In this document: piece by piece, positions 49,326 to 61,545 of the stretch
Numbering within the stretch: position 1 is the stretch's first letter
Layout of the letters: every line of letters begins with the position of its first letter
Source: Selaginella moellendorffii
Taxonomy: Eukaryota > Plantae > Lycopodiophyta
Direction of reading: 5' to 3'
Assembly: GCF_000143415.4 (NCBI RefSeq)
Contig: NW_003314328.1
Coordinates: 585,889 to 649,888, forward strand
Length of the DNA stretch: 64,000 bases
Notes under the pieces: model-generated
What the model was told of the DNA's origin: nothing
The model's database searches: none
What the model saw: the letters and a program-made list of their open reading frames with translations, nothing else
Translations under genes and position numbers: made by a program

Positions 49326-51895
49326 TCAGGGTTCTCTTGAAGATGGGCCGGGATCCGGAGGAACGTCAGGAGGAGGCATCGGTGGATCTGTAGGTGGTAT
49401 TAACTCGAGAATATTACAAGCTTGGCACCAAACGCAGTTACGCACATACCGGATAATATCACGTCGCATCTCCGGCCAATAGAAAGACCTGTGTAGCTTC
49501 TCAGTGATACGACGGTGTCCCATATGCCCACCTAGAATAGGAGAATCATGGTAGGCATGGAGAAACCGCGGAATAAACACCGAAGGCACCACCAGCCGTA
49601 AATGATTATTAGGATCCGTCCCCACAAAATAAAGAAGGCCATCTTTAAGACGATATTGAAAATGTAAATGCCGGAAAGGCAAGTCATCAGCAAGTGATGC
49701 AGGATTCTTAAACCCATCTCAAAGCCTTCGAATCCACGGCTCAATCTTTTGAGCCTTGCGAACCTCATCAAGAGAAGGTATATCTTGCTTTGCGCCTTGT
49801 GGACACTGAACGTCAAGGACAGCAACTGCCGACGGCACAAAATCCTCATCTAGAAAATCCACAGATGCTGGAACAACAGGTTTGTCAAAAACATGAGAAG
49901 TGAGTGAAGAAGGAAGAGGAGCTCGAGAAAGGGCATTAGCATCAGCCATAAAACTCCCTGGGCGATGAACAACATCGAAATCATATATTTGAAGCTTCAA
50001 AGCCCATCGAGCCGTATGACCAACCAGGTTCTTCCGCTTCAATAATGAAGTAACAGCAGCATGGTCACCTTCAAGTAACGTCCGAGAACCATGTAGATAT
50101 GCATGAAGTTTCTCGAAACCCCAGACTGCTGCTAAACACTCCTTCTCCGTCGTGGAGTAGTTCATCTCTACTGGTTGTAATGTACGGCTTATATATGCAA
50201 TGGGATGGCGCTAACCAGGCACACTCGAGCTCTCTTGCATCAACACACTTCCAAGACCAATGTCAGAAGCATCCACGCGCAAAATAAAAGGTCGAGTGTA
50301 GTCAGGATATGCCAAAACCGAAGGAGTCGTCAATAGCTCTTTAAGATCCATGAACGCCCGCTCACAATCCGGAGACTAGATGAAAGATGACGTTGATGAC
50401 TTCAGCAACGCTCGCCATGGTGTAGTGCGATCGGAAAGATGATCCACAAAACGACTGAGATACTGCATTTTACCCAAAAAGCGCTACACATTATTCACAC
50501 ACTTTGGAGTAGGAAACTTTAGAACAGCCATAAGTTTGTCATGATCAACTTGCAAACCCTCACGAGAAATACGGTACCCAAGATAAGTTGTGTCTTTGGA
50601 CCCAAACACGCACTTTGACCACTTCAGCTTTAAACCAACGTCGCGTAGCTGATCCAACACTTTACAAACATCACGAACGTGCTCCTCCCACGTCCCCTCC
50701 GAGTGGATCAAGACATCATCAATGAAGTCAGCAGTCACCTCTGGCATATCGCAAAGAACCTCATCCATCATCCGCTGGAAAGTTGCTAGAGCATTGTTCA
50801 AGCCAAACGGCATCACCAAGAACTCGTACAAACCAAATGGTGTACGAAAAACAGTCTTAGGAATATCTTCTTCGGCCATCGATACTTGCCAATACCTAGA
50901 AGCAAGATCTAGCTTGGTGAGCCAACGACTTCACCCTAGACGATCCAAGAGATTAGCAATGTGAGGAAGAGGATACACATCTGGGATCGTCACTTCGTTT
51001 AATGGACGATAGTCGATGCAGAAATGAATACTCTCATCAGGCTTCGTCACAAGATGAGGTTCACATGCCCAAGGACTCCGCGACTTCCGAATAACACCCT
51101 TCTCCAGCATTTCCTTGATGTTTGCTCGTAAGATCTTGATCTCCTTAGGTGACCGATGACGAACAGGAACCTTGATTGGACGAGCATCCCCGGTTGGAAT
51201 CGGATGACGTGTGGCAATCTTGGCCCCAGACGATAGGTCAAATTCAAAGAGATCAAAATACTCCTTCATGAGCCGGGCAACTGCTGCAACACAAAGATCA
51301 TCGAAGGGATCAGAAAAGGGAAAAATAAAACAAGATGGAAACACAAAAGGAAAGAGTGGGGGAACAAAAGTAATAGAAGCAGAGGTAGAAGTAGAGGGAC
51401 GAAAAGGTATGGAAGTGAGAGGAATGGATGAAACATAAGGAAGTATGAGACAAGGGGGAGAAGCCTCAAAGTCACACTTGGCATGATTGCGCTGCAACCA
51501 ATCCATACCAAGAATGAGGTCAAAAACTTGACTTAGCACCACCCGCAACAACTGCAACTCAAGCTCGAGATCGCCCACACGCACAACCAGGTCCACCTCA
51601 TCCCGTGCACATGCATGTGTATGGCCGTTGCCATAAAGAATGAAAACTAGTTCCGCCGCACGACGCAAGTGTAGACGACAACATGTGGCAACAAGTCGAG
51701 CAATAGAAGATAAACTCAAACCTGTATCAACCAACACGGAGAAAATAATAGGAGACCTCTTGTTATAAAAACGAGCTTGGAAAGTAAACACTGGATGAAC
51801 CGGTGCCGAGTGAACCCCTTGATGATACTCCCAAAAGAAAGATGGAGGGGTCACTGATTTATTTGCGCAAGGTCCCTCCGTTACTTGTGCGACTC
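49326..51895 (-). pseudogene. pol: pol of element B (protease, RT, RNase H, integrase zinc finger), with stops and frameshifts
   Basis: VLVDTG protease; FCIDYRPLN, MPFGLNNALATFQR, FIDDVLI RT; NYSTTEKECLAAVW..ADANALSR RNase H; HDSPILGGHMG..CVWCQ HHCC; no DDE core follows. Confidence 0.92.
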
Positions 51896-52812
51896 CTCAT
51901 TTCCCAGATGTATCTCGGTGTCAAGACCTTCCACTACAGTAGCACCCACGGGACGTTGCTGACACCAAGGTCTCCACCCAGGAAATGGAGGTCGCCAATC
52001 CGGAAAACGACAGCAACACTGATAAGTATGACCAACTTCATCACATGCCCAGCAGCGAACATCATGGCCACGACCACGTCCTCGCGCTTGTCCTTGGACT
52101 CGAGCAGCAGCAGCATCAACCTCAATTGGAACAAAACCATCACCCATAGGAAGTGGAGCGGAAGGACGTGCAGCGAGAAGTGGAAGAGGCGACGTCTCAT
52201 AACGTTGTGCCAAGTGAAGAGCATCGTCAAGGGTGGCAGGAGCAAGTGCATACACAAGTCCGACAAGATCTTGACGAAGTGCTGGCCACAACATTCCTAG
52301 CTTGATCCGCTCTGACATATTTGGCTCCGCACAAAGCAAAAGACTTCGGAAACGAACGCCAAATTGCATCACTGACTCAGATGGCCCTTGGCGAAGATGA
52401 TGCAATTGTTGGAAAGCATCATCACAATCATCGGCATGTCCGAAGGCGCGTTTGAAGACATCCAGAAGAACACTCCAATCCCCACGAGTGGCTGCGCTCA
52501 AACCATTGTACCACTGCAATGCCGTCCCTTGGAGACACGTGGGAAACTCATGCAACCGTCGAGCATCATCCCAAGAATGATATGTGGCAATCATTGTGAA
52601 GTGATAGAACCAATAGTACACATCATCCCCAGGATTCCCGCGAAAGAACTCCGGCCGAACGCGAGGATTGGCACCAAGAGCAGGAAGAGTTGTACCACGT
52701 GCCGTGAACGCCACCATCAACTGAGTTTGGTTATTCAATTGCAAGCACATAGCATCAAGCAATTGTACCAACTACTGCTCTAGAGTCAAAGGAGGAGATT
52801 GCTGATCTGCCA
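51881..52812 (-). CDS. gag: gag of element B (retrotransposon capsid plus CCHC zinc knuckle)
   Basis: PEFFRGNPGDDVYYWF, LQGTALQWY, LRQGPSESVMQF and CWACDEVGHTYQCC (CX2CX4HX4C). A likely ATG lies at 52812, in frame with the listed ORF. Confidence 0.88.
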
Positions 52813-54513
52813 TGAAGATGAACGAAAAAGAAATATCAAAAGAAGAGAAATGACAAAAAGCTAGAAGGAAATGGTAGATCTAGACAATGCAAAAAGCTAG
52901 ATCTAAACCAAAACTCTGAAAAAAAAAGAACAAAAAAAAGGAAATGGAAAAAGTTAGATCTAGATGATGCAAAAGTTAGATCTAAACCAAAATCCCAAAT
53001 CCAAGTACTTCTCAGGGACAATCAAATGTGCCCCTCATCTCCACTAATGTGAGTGCTTGAAATATGGAAAGGGAATATAGAAATGTGCATATTAATTAGC
53101 CCAAAAACCCTAGTTTATATACACGAGCGAGTGGTCCAGATTGAAACCAATCCGACGGCCACCAAAATCCCACTACGCTAATATTAGTATACGGCATCGT
53201 AATTGTACACTTGGCCCTCACATGCTCAAAAAAGTTTACATATAATTAACCAAAAGCACATTTTCTCTCCTTAGTATATAATTTATTTTTTTGCAACTTC
53301 TAAAATACTAAACCTAAATGTCCAAATGAATATTTCATTGAAGACTAGAATATTGTCGATATATAAAATAACATATGTGTCTAAATAATCTCTAAATATT
53401 CTATTCATCATGATACTAAGGTATTATATAACCCAAACAACATAAACTGAACTCATCATATAATTTATAATAAGTCTTAAAGTTATTTTTTTCACATTCT
53501 GATCTGCCACTTGTATTTGATAATACCTAGATTGCAAATCAAGCTTGGTAAAATAGTTAGTATTTAAGAGTTAATCAAAAAAATTATCAATACGAGACAG
53601 TGGATAATTATTTTTTATGAGGGCCCAATAATAAATACACATCCTTATAATACCATCCTTTTTCATAACAAAAAGGACTGACATTCCATAAGGCAGGTTA
53701 GTTATGAGTTTTGTCAAAAAGCTCCATAAATTGCTTCTTAATCTTAGCCATCTCTTTGATATTTAAATAATATAAAGTTTTAGTGCAGAATAATCTTAAT
53801 TCGATGATCAACCTCATAGCTAAGACATAGCTTTGATGGTAAATCTTCACTCTCACCTTCTATCACTTGGAACCTAAAAGGTATAAAATCCCTTTTTAAT
53901 TACGTTTTTGAGCTACTCTCATAATTAAAAACTTAGTATCTCAATCCTTTTAGGAGTGCTTTTACAATTGAAAGGAAACATCAAAACATCATTCTAACTT
54001 TAATATGATACAATTTTGTCTAACACTATATATCCTTTAGATATACTTTGTTAAAGAAATCCATATTAAATATCATTTGAAAGTTTAGTATCTTCAACAC
54101 TATTAAGTTCAATTATTATTTCCATTTAGATATCTTTATTGAAACATCACTCATAAATTTCCTAGCAACTCGCACAACAAACCAGAAGTGTATGGGTGAC
54201 ATCTACTTAGCTTTTAATCTTAAAAACTTAATTAAATCATTAGATATCATGTTGTGTGTGGCTCTTGTGTCAATCATCAATAAAGTGATACATCAACAAA
54301 TCAATGTTTATATTGACTGTGAGAAAAGTTTGAGGAAAATAACTCACCACTCCTTTTTTCATAGTTTACATTATCATTTCAACTTTACCACCACCATCTT
54401 CCCTTATAAAATTGACATAAGATTTTGTGTTATGTTTATTTAGACATTTTGAGGACTCCACCACCCTAAGCCTGAGCCATGATGCCACTGTTCATCTCAG
54501 GGTGGAGCATCCA

Positions 54514-54753
54514 CTAGATGCTATGAGCTGGTAAGTCTTGCATGATGTACTTGGTGATGATGTCCTTGAAATCAATTGTCAAGTTTCCTCTGTTCTGGTG
54601 AACTTTACCATTGCAGATGACAATCACTCCCACCTCTACATTGCACAGTGTCGCGAGCTTCTCAGCCTTGCCACAGAGTCCCTTCAGCCACTTCGTTTCC
54701 CTCCTCGACTTGTCATTCTGGATAAATTCAATAGGAAGTTTTTGCATTCCCAA
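54514..54753 (-). pseudogene. Type I MADS-box gene, probably a pseudogene
   Basis: (L)GMQKLPIEFIQNDKSRRETKWLKGLCGKAEKLATLCNVEVGVIV resembles MGRxKLxIxxIxNxxxRxxTFxKRxxGLxKKAxELxTLCxVEV. Deletion in the TFxKR motif, TTG at the expected start, intronless, early stop. Confidence 0.75.
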
Positions 54754-54986
54754 TGACTCTTCATGCCCTGAGACTGTGCGAGATTGTGAGAAATGCGAAT
54801 TCAAACTGGACGGCACTGTCTAGTTGTAGTGGCACGTAAACCGCAAATAGCTCCCCATGGCATCCATAAAAAATGGCCACAATGCATTGCCACAGCTCAC
54901 AACGAGCTTAAACAGAATTTTTTATTCTTGCCCACTTATCCTTTAAGATAACTTCAAGTCTAAGCCTTAAATTTGAATTTAGGGTT

Positions 54987-56545
54987 CTATCGATGGGAGG
55001 CACAGACAATGCGGGGCGACGTGACCGCGGCGGCCCCCGCGCCTGCGAGCTCCGCCATCTCGATCGGCTTCCCAAGCGGCGATCTCCAGCTCCAGCGATG
55101 CAAGAGGTAGGCGAGGGTGAGCGTGACATGGGGCATGGCCAGCGGGATCCCGACGCAGCGGCGCCGCCCGGACGAGAAGGGCAGGAGATCGAAATCCTTT
55201 CCCAGCACGCTGTGGTCGCTGCCCAGGAATCGCTCGGGGAGAAAGAGCTCGGGGTCGCTCCAGATGCTTGGGTCGTGATGGATTGCCCAGATGTTCACAA
55301 GGACTGTGGTGTGGGCGGCGATCGTGTAGCCGGCGAGAGTTACCTCGCGATCGTTGTAGTGGGGCAGGCCCAGCGGCGCGATTGGACGCTTCCGGAAGAC
55401 TTCCTTGACGATGGCTTGGATGTAAAGCAGGTCTTTTAGATGCGACTCCTCCAAGGGACGATCTCTTCCCACGACTCTGTCCAGCTCCTCGTGAGCTTTC
55501 TCCTGGACTCTGGGGTTTACTATCAGCTCCGAGATGGCCCATTCGATCGTCCCCTTGGACGTTCCAGTGCCGGCCAGCAGCAGATCCTGCGTCCCAAGCT
55601 TACGTGAGAAAGAACGAAGAACGTAAGTCTTCTTTTGCTTACCTGGAGCAGTGCGATGATCTGGTCGTTGCTCAGCTTGTTTTCTCCTCCCAGAGTCAGC
55701 ATCACGTCGACGAAGTCCCGGGGATTTTCTGGATCGAAGTCTTTCGCGTGCTCCTCGATGACTGCTTCCAGAAAGCGAGATCTTGCTGGTAAGGCTTCAT
55801 TCTTGAGACGGTTTTGCGTCCCTCTGAGCGTGTCCAGCCATCGTATCGCAGGGATGTAATCACCGGCAAACAGCCTCCTGGATTCTTTCGCTTGGATCGC
55901 CCACGACGCCTTGTAGGCTTCGGCCTCGGGAGTGAGCGGCGTGTCGGTGCCGTAGAACTTCCTCCCGAACAACACGCACGTCATGAGGTTGGTGAAGTAC
56001 TCGTGCAGCATGGAGCTGAGATCAAACTCGTGCCCGTCTTTTGCAGACGCCTCGACGATCTCTCCAAACGCTCCCAGCTCCCTCTTGCGAGTGCCGGCAA
56101 AGTGGCTCACCTTGGAGGCCGTGAAGAGCTCTGTGCCGCACACTCGCCGCAGCATCTTCCATCGCTCGCCGTGCGGTGCAAAGATAAGGTCCTGGAAGTT
56201 GTAGCTAAGGAGGCGACCGATGGTGGAGAACAGGGGCCTGCTCGCGAACTCGACGTCGTGCTCCTTGAGGACTTGCCTCGCCATCTCCGGGCTGCTGATG
56301 ATGATGTGAGGCCGGACTCCCAACCGGAGAAACATAACAGGGCCATACTTTCGAGCCATCTCGGCCAGCGAGCGATGCCGATAGGGGCCGAGCGAGAAGA
56401 GAGAGCCAACGAGGGGCCATGAAAAAGGACCTGGTGGGAAGTTCTTTTTGCTCCTCGCGCTGCTGGAGTGGAAGATCTGGAAGAGGAGCAGCAGGGCGGC
56501 CAGTGACGGGCAAATCCAAGTCCCCAAGAGCAGCAGCGCATCCAT
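54987..56545 (-). CDS. Cytochrome P450, CYP71 clan, 500 aa, 2 exons (56545-55643, 55586-54987)
   Basis: Membrane anchor, PPGP, FASRP, WKMLR, I-helix AGTGTS, KEVFR, PERF, heme motif FSSGRRRCVG; a single phase-0 intron at the conserved A-type position. Confidence 0.95.
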
Positions 56546-57324
56546 GGTGTTGCCTGGGTAGAAAAAAGAGATTGGTGGAGCTTTAAGTACGTCGAAAGGA
56601 TGAATCGAAGGCTCCGGAGGGAGTGTTCGTCGAAGCATCCATGTTGTTTTTATATGAATATAAAAGATAAGCTAAGATCTCTTTTAAACTAATGACAATT
56701 AGGGTTCATGCTATTATTCGTTTTTGCAATTGTTTTGTCTCCCGAGGAAATAAATCATCTTCTTGGCAATTTTGCAGATGCTCCTCCAAGCGGTCTCACC
56801 TTCAAAGTAGGTGCTCCAAATCCAAAGCCTTCCCACTCAGAAGAGGATGAAAAGTATGTCGTGCGGTCTGATTCAGGCGAGATATGGGAGCTGGAGCTCG
56901 TCCACAAGTACGTGGACTTCCTCTTCCATAGGGCCTACTATCTAGTTTGGCTGGATGACGGCAAACAGCAGGCAGTGCTGAAGTGAGGCTCCATGCAGTC
57001 GGCCGAGCATGCAGTTGGTCTTCCAATTGAGCTCTTCAGCCAGGTTGAGAATTCGGGAGGCTCTGGCTGGCAATGGATGCAAGATCAGGATCCCCAAGAT
57101 CCTATGGTCGGGCTAGTTTAGCTGACTTTCGTGCTCATGAGTACGTTTGTGGGCATATGCCTCGACGATGCTGTTCCACGTATGGCAAGACGCTTCTGGT
57201 CCGGGATGCTGCTGAGATGGGAGCCAGCTGCTAGAGACGTGCAGGAGCTGCACAAGCAGGGGATAGAACCTCTCTAAACCAATACCTTGCTCACGGTAAA
57301 CAACATTCCTGGGGCTGATGTCCC

Positions 57325-57590
57325 TGTGGATTATGGGACAAGAGTCGAACGAAGTACATACTTACGTCCTATGTCAAGCCTGTGTTATTGTGGGTTGCGA
57401 TCATCGGAATATGCAGGTAGATATCTTGGTGTAACTTTTCTTTTTATGTTTTCTAGAACTTGAGATCTTGCAGGGCTCTAGACCCCGTCGTTCTTTTGTC
57501 CGAGACAAGCCAAGTTGTCAAGGAAAGATTCTTGAATTTTCTACGATCTCTTTCAACTGTCCTGACATTTGCGTTTACCTTCTCGACTTT
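57325..57590 (+). pseudogene. Fragment (2 exons) of a plastid MscS-like channel, MSL2/MSL3 type
   Basis: WDKSRTKYILTSYVKPVLLWVAIIGIC|RALDPVVLLSETSQVVKERFLNFLRSLSTVLTFA; flanked by unrelated sequence. Confidence 0.8.
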
Positions 57591-58974
57591 GGGATTGCCA
57601 CGTCTGCGTCAGACAACAATGGTAGCTAGGGACCCAGCCCTATCAAGGACCTGGAGTTCGAATATATGAATTCAGTGTTCGGCAATGCAATTGATACTTC
57701 AGTGGAAAGGAGGCTGGGATGGATTTGCTGTGGTGGGCTGCTGTGCAGGAGGAGGATGAGGACTCGGTGGTTACCATCTGGTGGCCTGGTGCAGTGAGGT
57801 GCCCCCTTTTATTCTTACTGCTAAATAACTAAAAGCATATCTAGGAAATAATGTTGAGCATCTACACCACTCATGTAGATGCTCATGTTTATATAATGTG
57901 TTTCTAAACAAATGTACGATCATCTATGTGGACTTAAAATGGATTGTGTGCACTCAATCTTTGCACGATCATTTATGTCTGCCACTATAAAATATTGTAA
58001 ACTTTCTTGTAAAACTTTATCATCCTTAAAATTTACAGAAAAGTTCAGTTGTTTAAATTTAGCTACTTTAAGTGCTTTTCCTTTTTTTTTCCTTTTGTTA
58101 TTCTCCTTCTTTAATTTATGATTTTGTTTTTGCAAATTTTCAATCTCAATGTTTTGAGCTATATGTGATTAAACTCAAGCTCTTCCTCTTTTAACTTAGC
58201 TTAAGCCTTTTCTACAACATTTTTAATATAAATTTCCTCTTTTCAATTTGCTTGTTTAAATGATTCCATTTCACCATCTCACCAGTAAATGGTACAGTCT
58301 AACTTATCATACATAAGTTGCTTTGGATCTATTAAGAAAGTTTATGTGTATCCAACTAGAGTTCAAAATTTGAACAAAAGTTCAATACAGATTGATCTTT
58401 TAATATTAAATATACTATACATGAATGTTAAGCCAAATTCCAAACCTATCACTCTATAAAATAAAGGTTTTAATATACACTTAAAATCCCTTTTAAACAC
58501 CAACTTCCTATACATAACTGCAAAATAATGCCAAATGGTGTTTAATATAATTTCATACCAGTAAGAAGGTAACATAGCACTTGAGTTTAGACCGAAGCCA
58601 TATGCAAAATAAAAAACAAATCTTTTCATCAATTAGTACCATAGTCCAGAATTATAAAGCCTTAAGCCTCTTCACCTGCAGGTGCATCGTCCTGAAATTG
58701 TAGAACAAGGCTCTACAATTTTGGGCCAGTTGCACAGTGCAGAGGCTAGTGAGGATCTAGGATGAGCCATGTTCACTACAGACAGCATAGAAACAGAAAG
58801 TAAAATGCCAGTGGGAGATGTTAAAGAGCCAATGAAGAATTGGGGTCAAAACCTTGCATAGCAAACTTGATCCAGAACCAGCATAGTGCTGCCGCTCTTG
58901 ATCCAGTCTCAGAAATAATATAGCCTCAAGCCTGAAAGAAACTGAGAGATTGGCATAGCTACGAGAAATGGTTA

Positions 58975-61545
58975 CTGGATTTGGCGAGTCTGTGGAACGG
59001 AAGCTTGCGAAGGTAATCAAATACAAAGACGAGCTTTCAAAAGCAGGATTTGTTTGGAGCTGTTGTTCCTGAGGTTTGTCACTCTTTGGCAGGGACTTCT
59101 TGGAACTTTGAAGTTAGTCCTGGAGAAACTGAAGAGAGATAAATCGGTTCTCTTTTCTTCCAGGACCTTTAGCTTCACGCTCTTGGCTGCAGGCACAAAG
59201 AGTTATCCATGGCCGTTCACAGACACGGGCTGCGATCGTTGTTCTGATAATTTCATAGTGGAAGCCTGATGGACGTTTGAGGAACATGAAACCAGATGCA
59301 TCCTCGTGGCCAATGCTCTGGCTGACAAGTTTTTAGTCGTTGCATGGGCATTCCTGTTACAAGGGTACGCATAGATGAACATTCTTTATAAGTCTTTCAT
59401 GTGTATTATTCTCGGGCTTTATCGCTACTCTGATTGCATGTTCCAGTTGGCAGCAAAGAGCAGGGAAGAAACGTGGAGAAATCCTTGGAAATCCACTTAA
59501 CAGTTGCACAAGTCTGTGTTCTTCCATTTGTTTATGTTTTAAGTTCTTGATGCGTACTCGCGCGGGCAAAGCAACGTGTCAATGGTTCAAATTGTCACAA
59601 ATATCAACCGCGCATTTGTTGACGGTTGTAAAATATTTGAACCCAGAGCCGAGTTTCTCTTTTTGTTCCTTCGCAAGGCTTATTCAACGATAAGACCACC
59701 GTCGCTCAATCACTTTCAAAACCTTTGAGCGTGTAGGCAATCGGAATGGCGACTGCTTCTGCCAAAAGCTTGCGGAGACTGGCAGGGGAGTTGGCAGATC
59801 ATCTCTTGGAGACTCTCCACGCCAGCGCCGGGGCATCTAAACCGATACCAGGAATTGTTTCTGGAAATGCCATGTCGCAGCATTGCGGCATAAAACTTGC
59901 TAAGGCAAATGTACGCAATGCTTGGAAAAACAATTATACTGATTTTTCTTGGAAAGATCTCAAAGAAATAGTGTTTCGTGAAATGCGGTAGCGCTTGCAT
60001 ATGCCCATCCCTGTTATCTTGTTTAGATCTTTGGCGATGGTAGATGTTATGACAAACGACTCCAGGGAGATGAGTTAAAAGAGATTGCAAACATCCCAAA
60101 GAGCTTTCTGCAAAATCTTTCTCAGTTCTTATCAAATTCTTGAAATCAATCAAACAACACAAGTCTTGCAAAGACGTCAGGATGTGTGTTACATTCTCGG
60201 GCTTTGCTGGCTGCTCTAATTGCTTGTTCCAGCTTGGCAGATGGAAGAAACGTTGGTAAAACCTGGAGAAATCCTTGGAAATCCACTCAACAGCTGCGAG
60301 TGACTCGCTCGTTAGCATCAAGGTAGAGTTTTACCAGCCTGAACTTCCGTTCTTCTGTTCTTTCAACTCACAGGCTCCTGGATATGCTCCAAGTCTGGTT
60401 CTTGTTCTCGAGAGTTCTTCCATTTTCTAAAGATGAGTGCTCGCGCGGGCAAAGCACCATTTAATAGCTCGATCGATCGATCCATTGATCAATCTTATCA
60501 GGAAATTTTCTCTTTCTCGTTTGCAGGCGCATACACGACGACCAGGACAGTGGATGGAGGTTCGTGCTTGCTGTTGTGGGAGAGGCATCTCACGCGGCTC
60601 GCGCAATCGTTGCATCTCATGCGGAAGAACACTAACCTTAGCTCTTACGAAACTAGTGAATCCATCGCCGTATGCTGGATTGGAGGAAGCGCTGGCGAGA
60701 CGATCCAATGAAGAGGAGCTCGTTGTGATTGTTCTTGCCTGTCACAAGGAAGAGGGACGCGAGTGAATTCCTACAAAGAAAAAGAACTTAGAGAATTCTT
60801 TTTTCTTGCAACTGGATGTATCAGTTCATATCACGCCTCGTTCCGGTTTCGCACAAGTTTATGTCATGGGTCATTGATGAAACTCCTCTAGCTACAGCTC
60901 ATATTTTCTCTCGCCGGACAATGCAAGTGTTGGAGCAATGCATGCCCAAGAACACTGCGGAGCTGACGATGGCCGGCATTTGCTCGAGGGACTCGTGACG
61001 AACGTCTTTGTTGTCTTGAGCACGTAAGTCACCGAGTTCTTTTTCCCTGTTCTCTTCTAAGAATTGTGCTATAGTTTCCAGTGTTGGTGAAAAATAGATA
61101 TGCGTCGTCCAAAAAGCTGTGATCGAGAAATAATTCAAAGTTTTCTCATGTTTTTTTTTGTTCTCTCAACTCTATAATTTGTTCGGAGAAGAACATCCCA
61201 CATCTTGGGACGAACGCTACCTCTGGAAAGAAGCATTTGTGACGAGTATGAATCTCGCTGCATTTTCCGAGTTTTCACGTCCTTCTTGCGTGAGACTGTG
61301 AACAAAATCCAAATGCCAGTGCCATGGAACACAAGCGCGGTGGAATCCAAATCACTGGGATAATTAAATCTCTCAAGGTAGAGTTTTTTCCCTTATTAAA
61401 ATTATTCTTTTCTTTCGACTCACAGGCTCCCGGCAATGTCATAAAGATGCTCCAGGTCTGTATTCTTGTTCTCCATTTTTTCCTGTTTTTAAGGAGTTCT
61501 CGATGCACAGAACCGGGCAGTAGCTTAATCGGAGGATCTTAATTA
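58975..61545 (+). pseudogene. Rearranged, degenerate duplicate of the aminotransferase IV locus
   Basis: 60470-61545 follows 44070-45401 with deletions and frameshifts; 60318-60460 copies the gene 3' end (45170-45365); 58975-59215 copies the downstream region 45525-45810. Confidence 0.85.

Larger units (their letters stand above)
49120..53222 (-). mobile_element. Ty3/Gypsy family B element with both LTRs (49120-49293, 53048-53222), tRNA-Ala-like PBS, PPT, 4-bp TSD, integrase core deleted
   Basis: TG..CA LTRs differ by about 12 substitutions and 1 indel on manual count; flanks tgct/tgct; PBS tagtggagatgagggg (minus, 53031-53046); PPT aagagaaggggatga next to 49293. Confidence 0.95.

Noticed and set aside
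54979-56541. Alternative-frame and antisense ORFs over the P450
   Set aside because: Shadows of high-GC codon usage with no recognisable motifs.
12400-56545. Biosynthetic gene cluster (CYP88, aminotransferase IV, CYP71-clan P450)
   Set aside because: CYP88 is dead, no scaffold-forming enzyme is present, and the genes are separated by TEs and unrelated housekeeping genes.
59716-60321. 201-aa minus-strand ORF
   Set aside because: No domain recognised, non-ATG start, and it lies in a rearranged pseudogene region.
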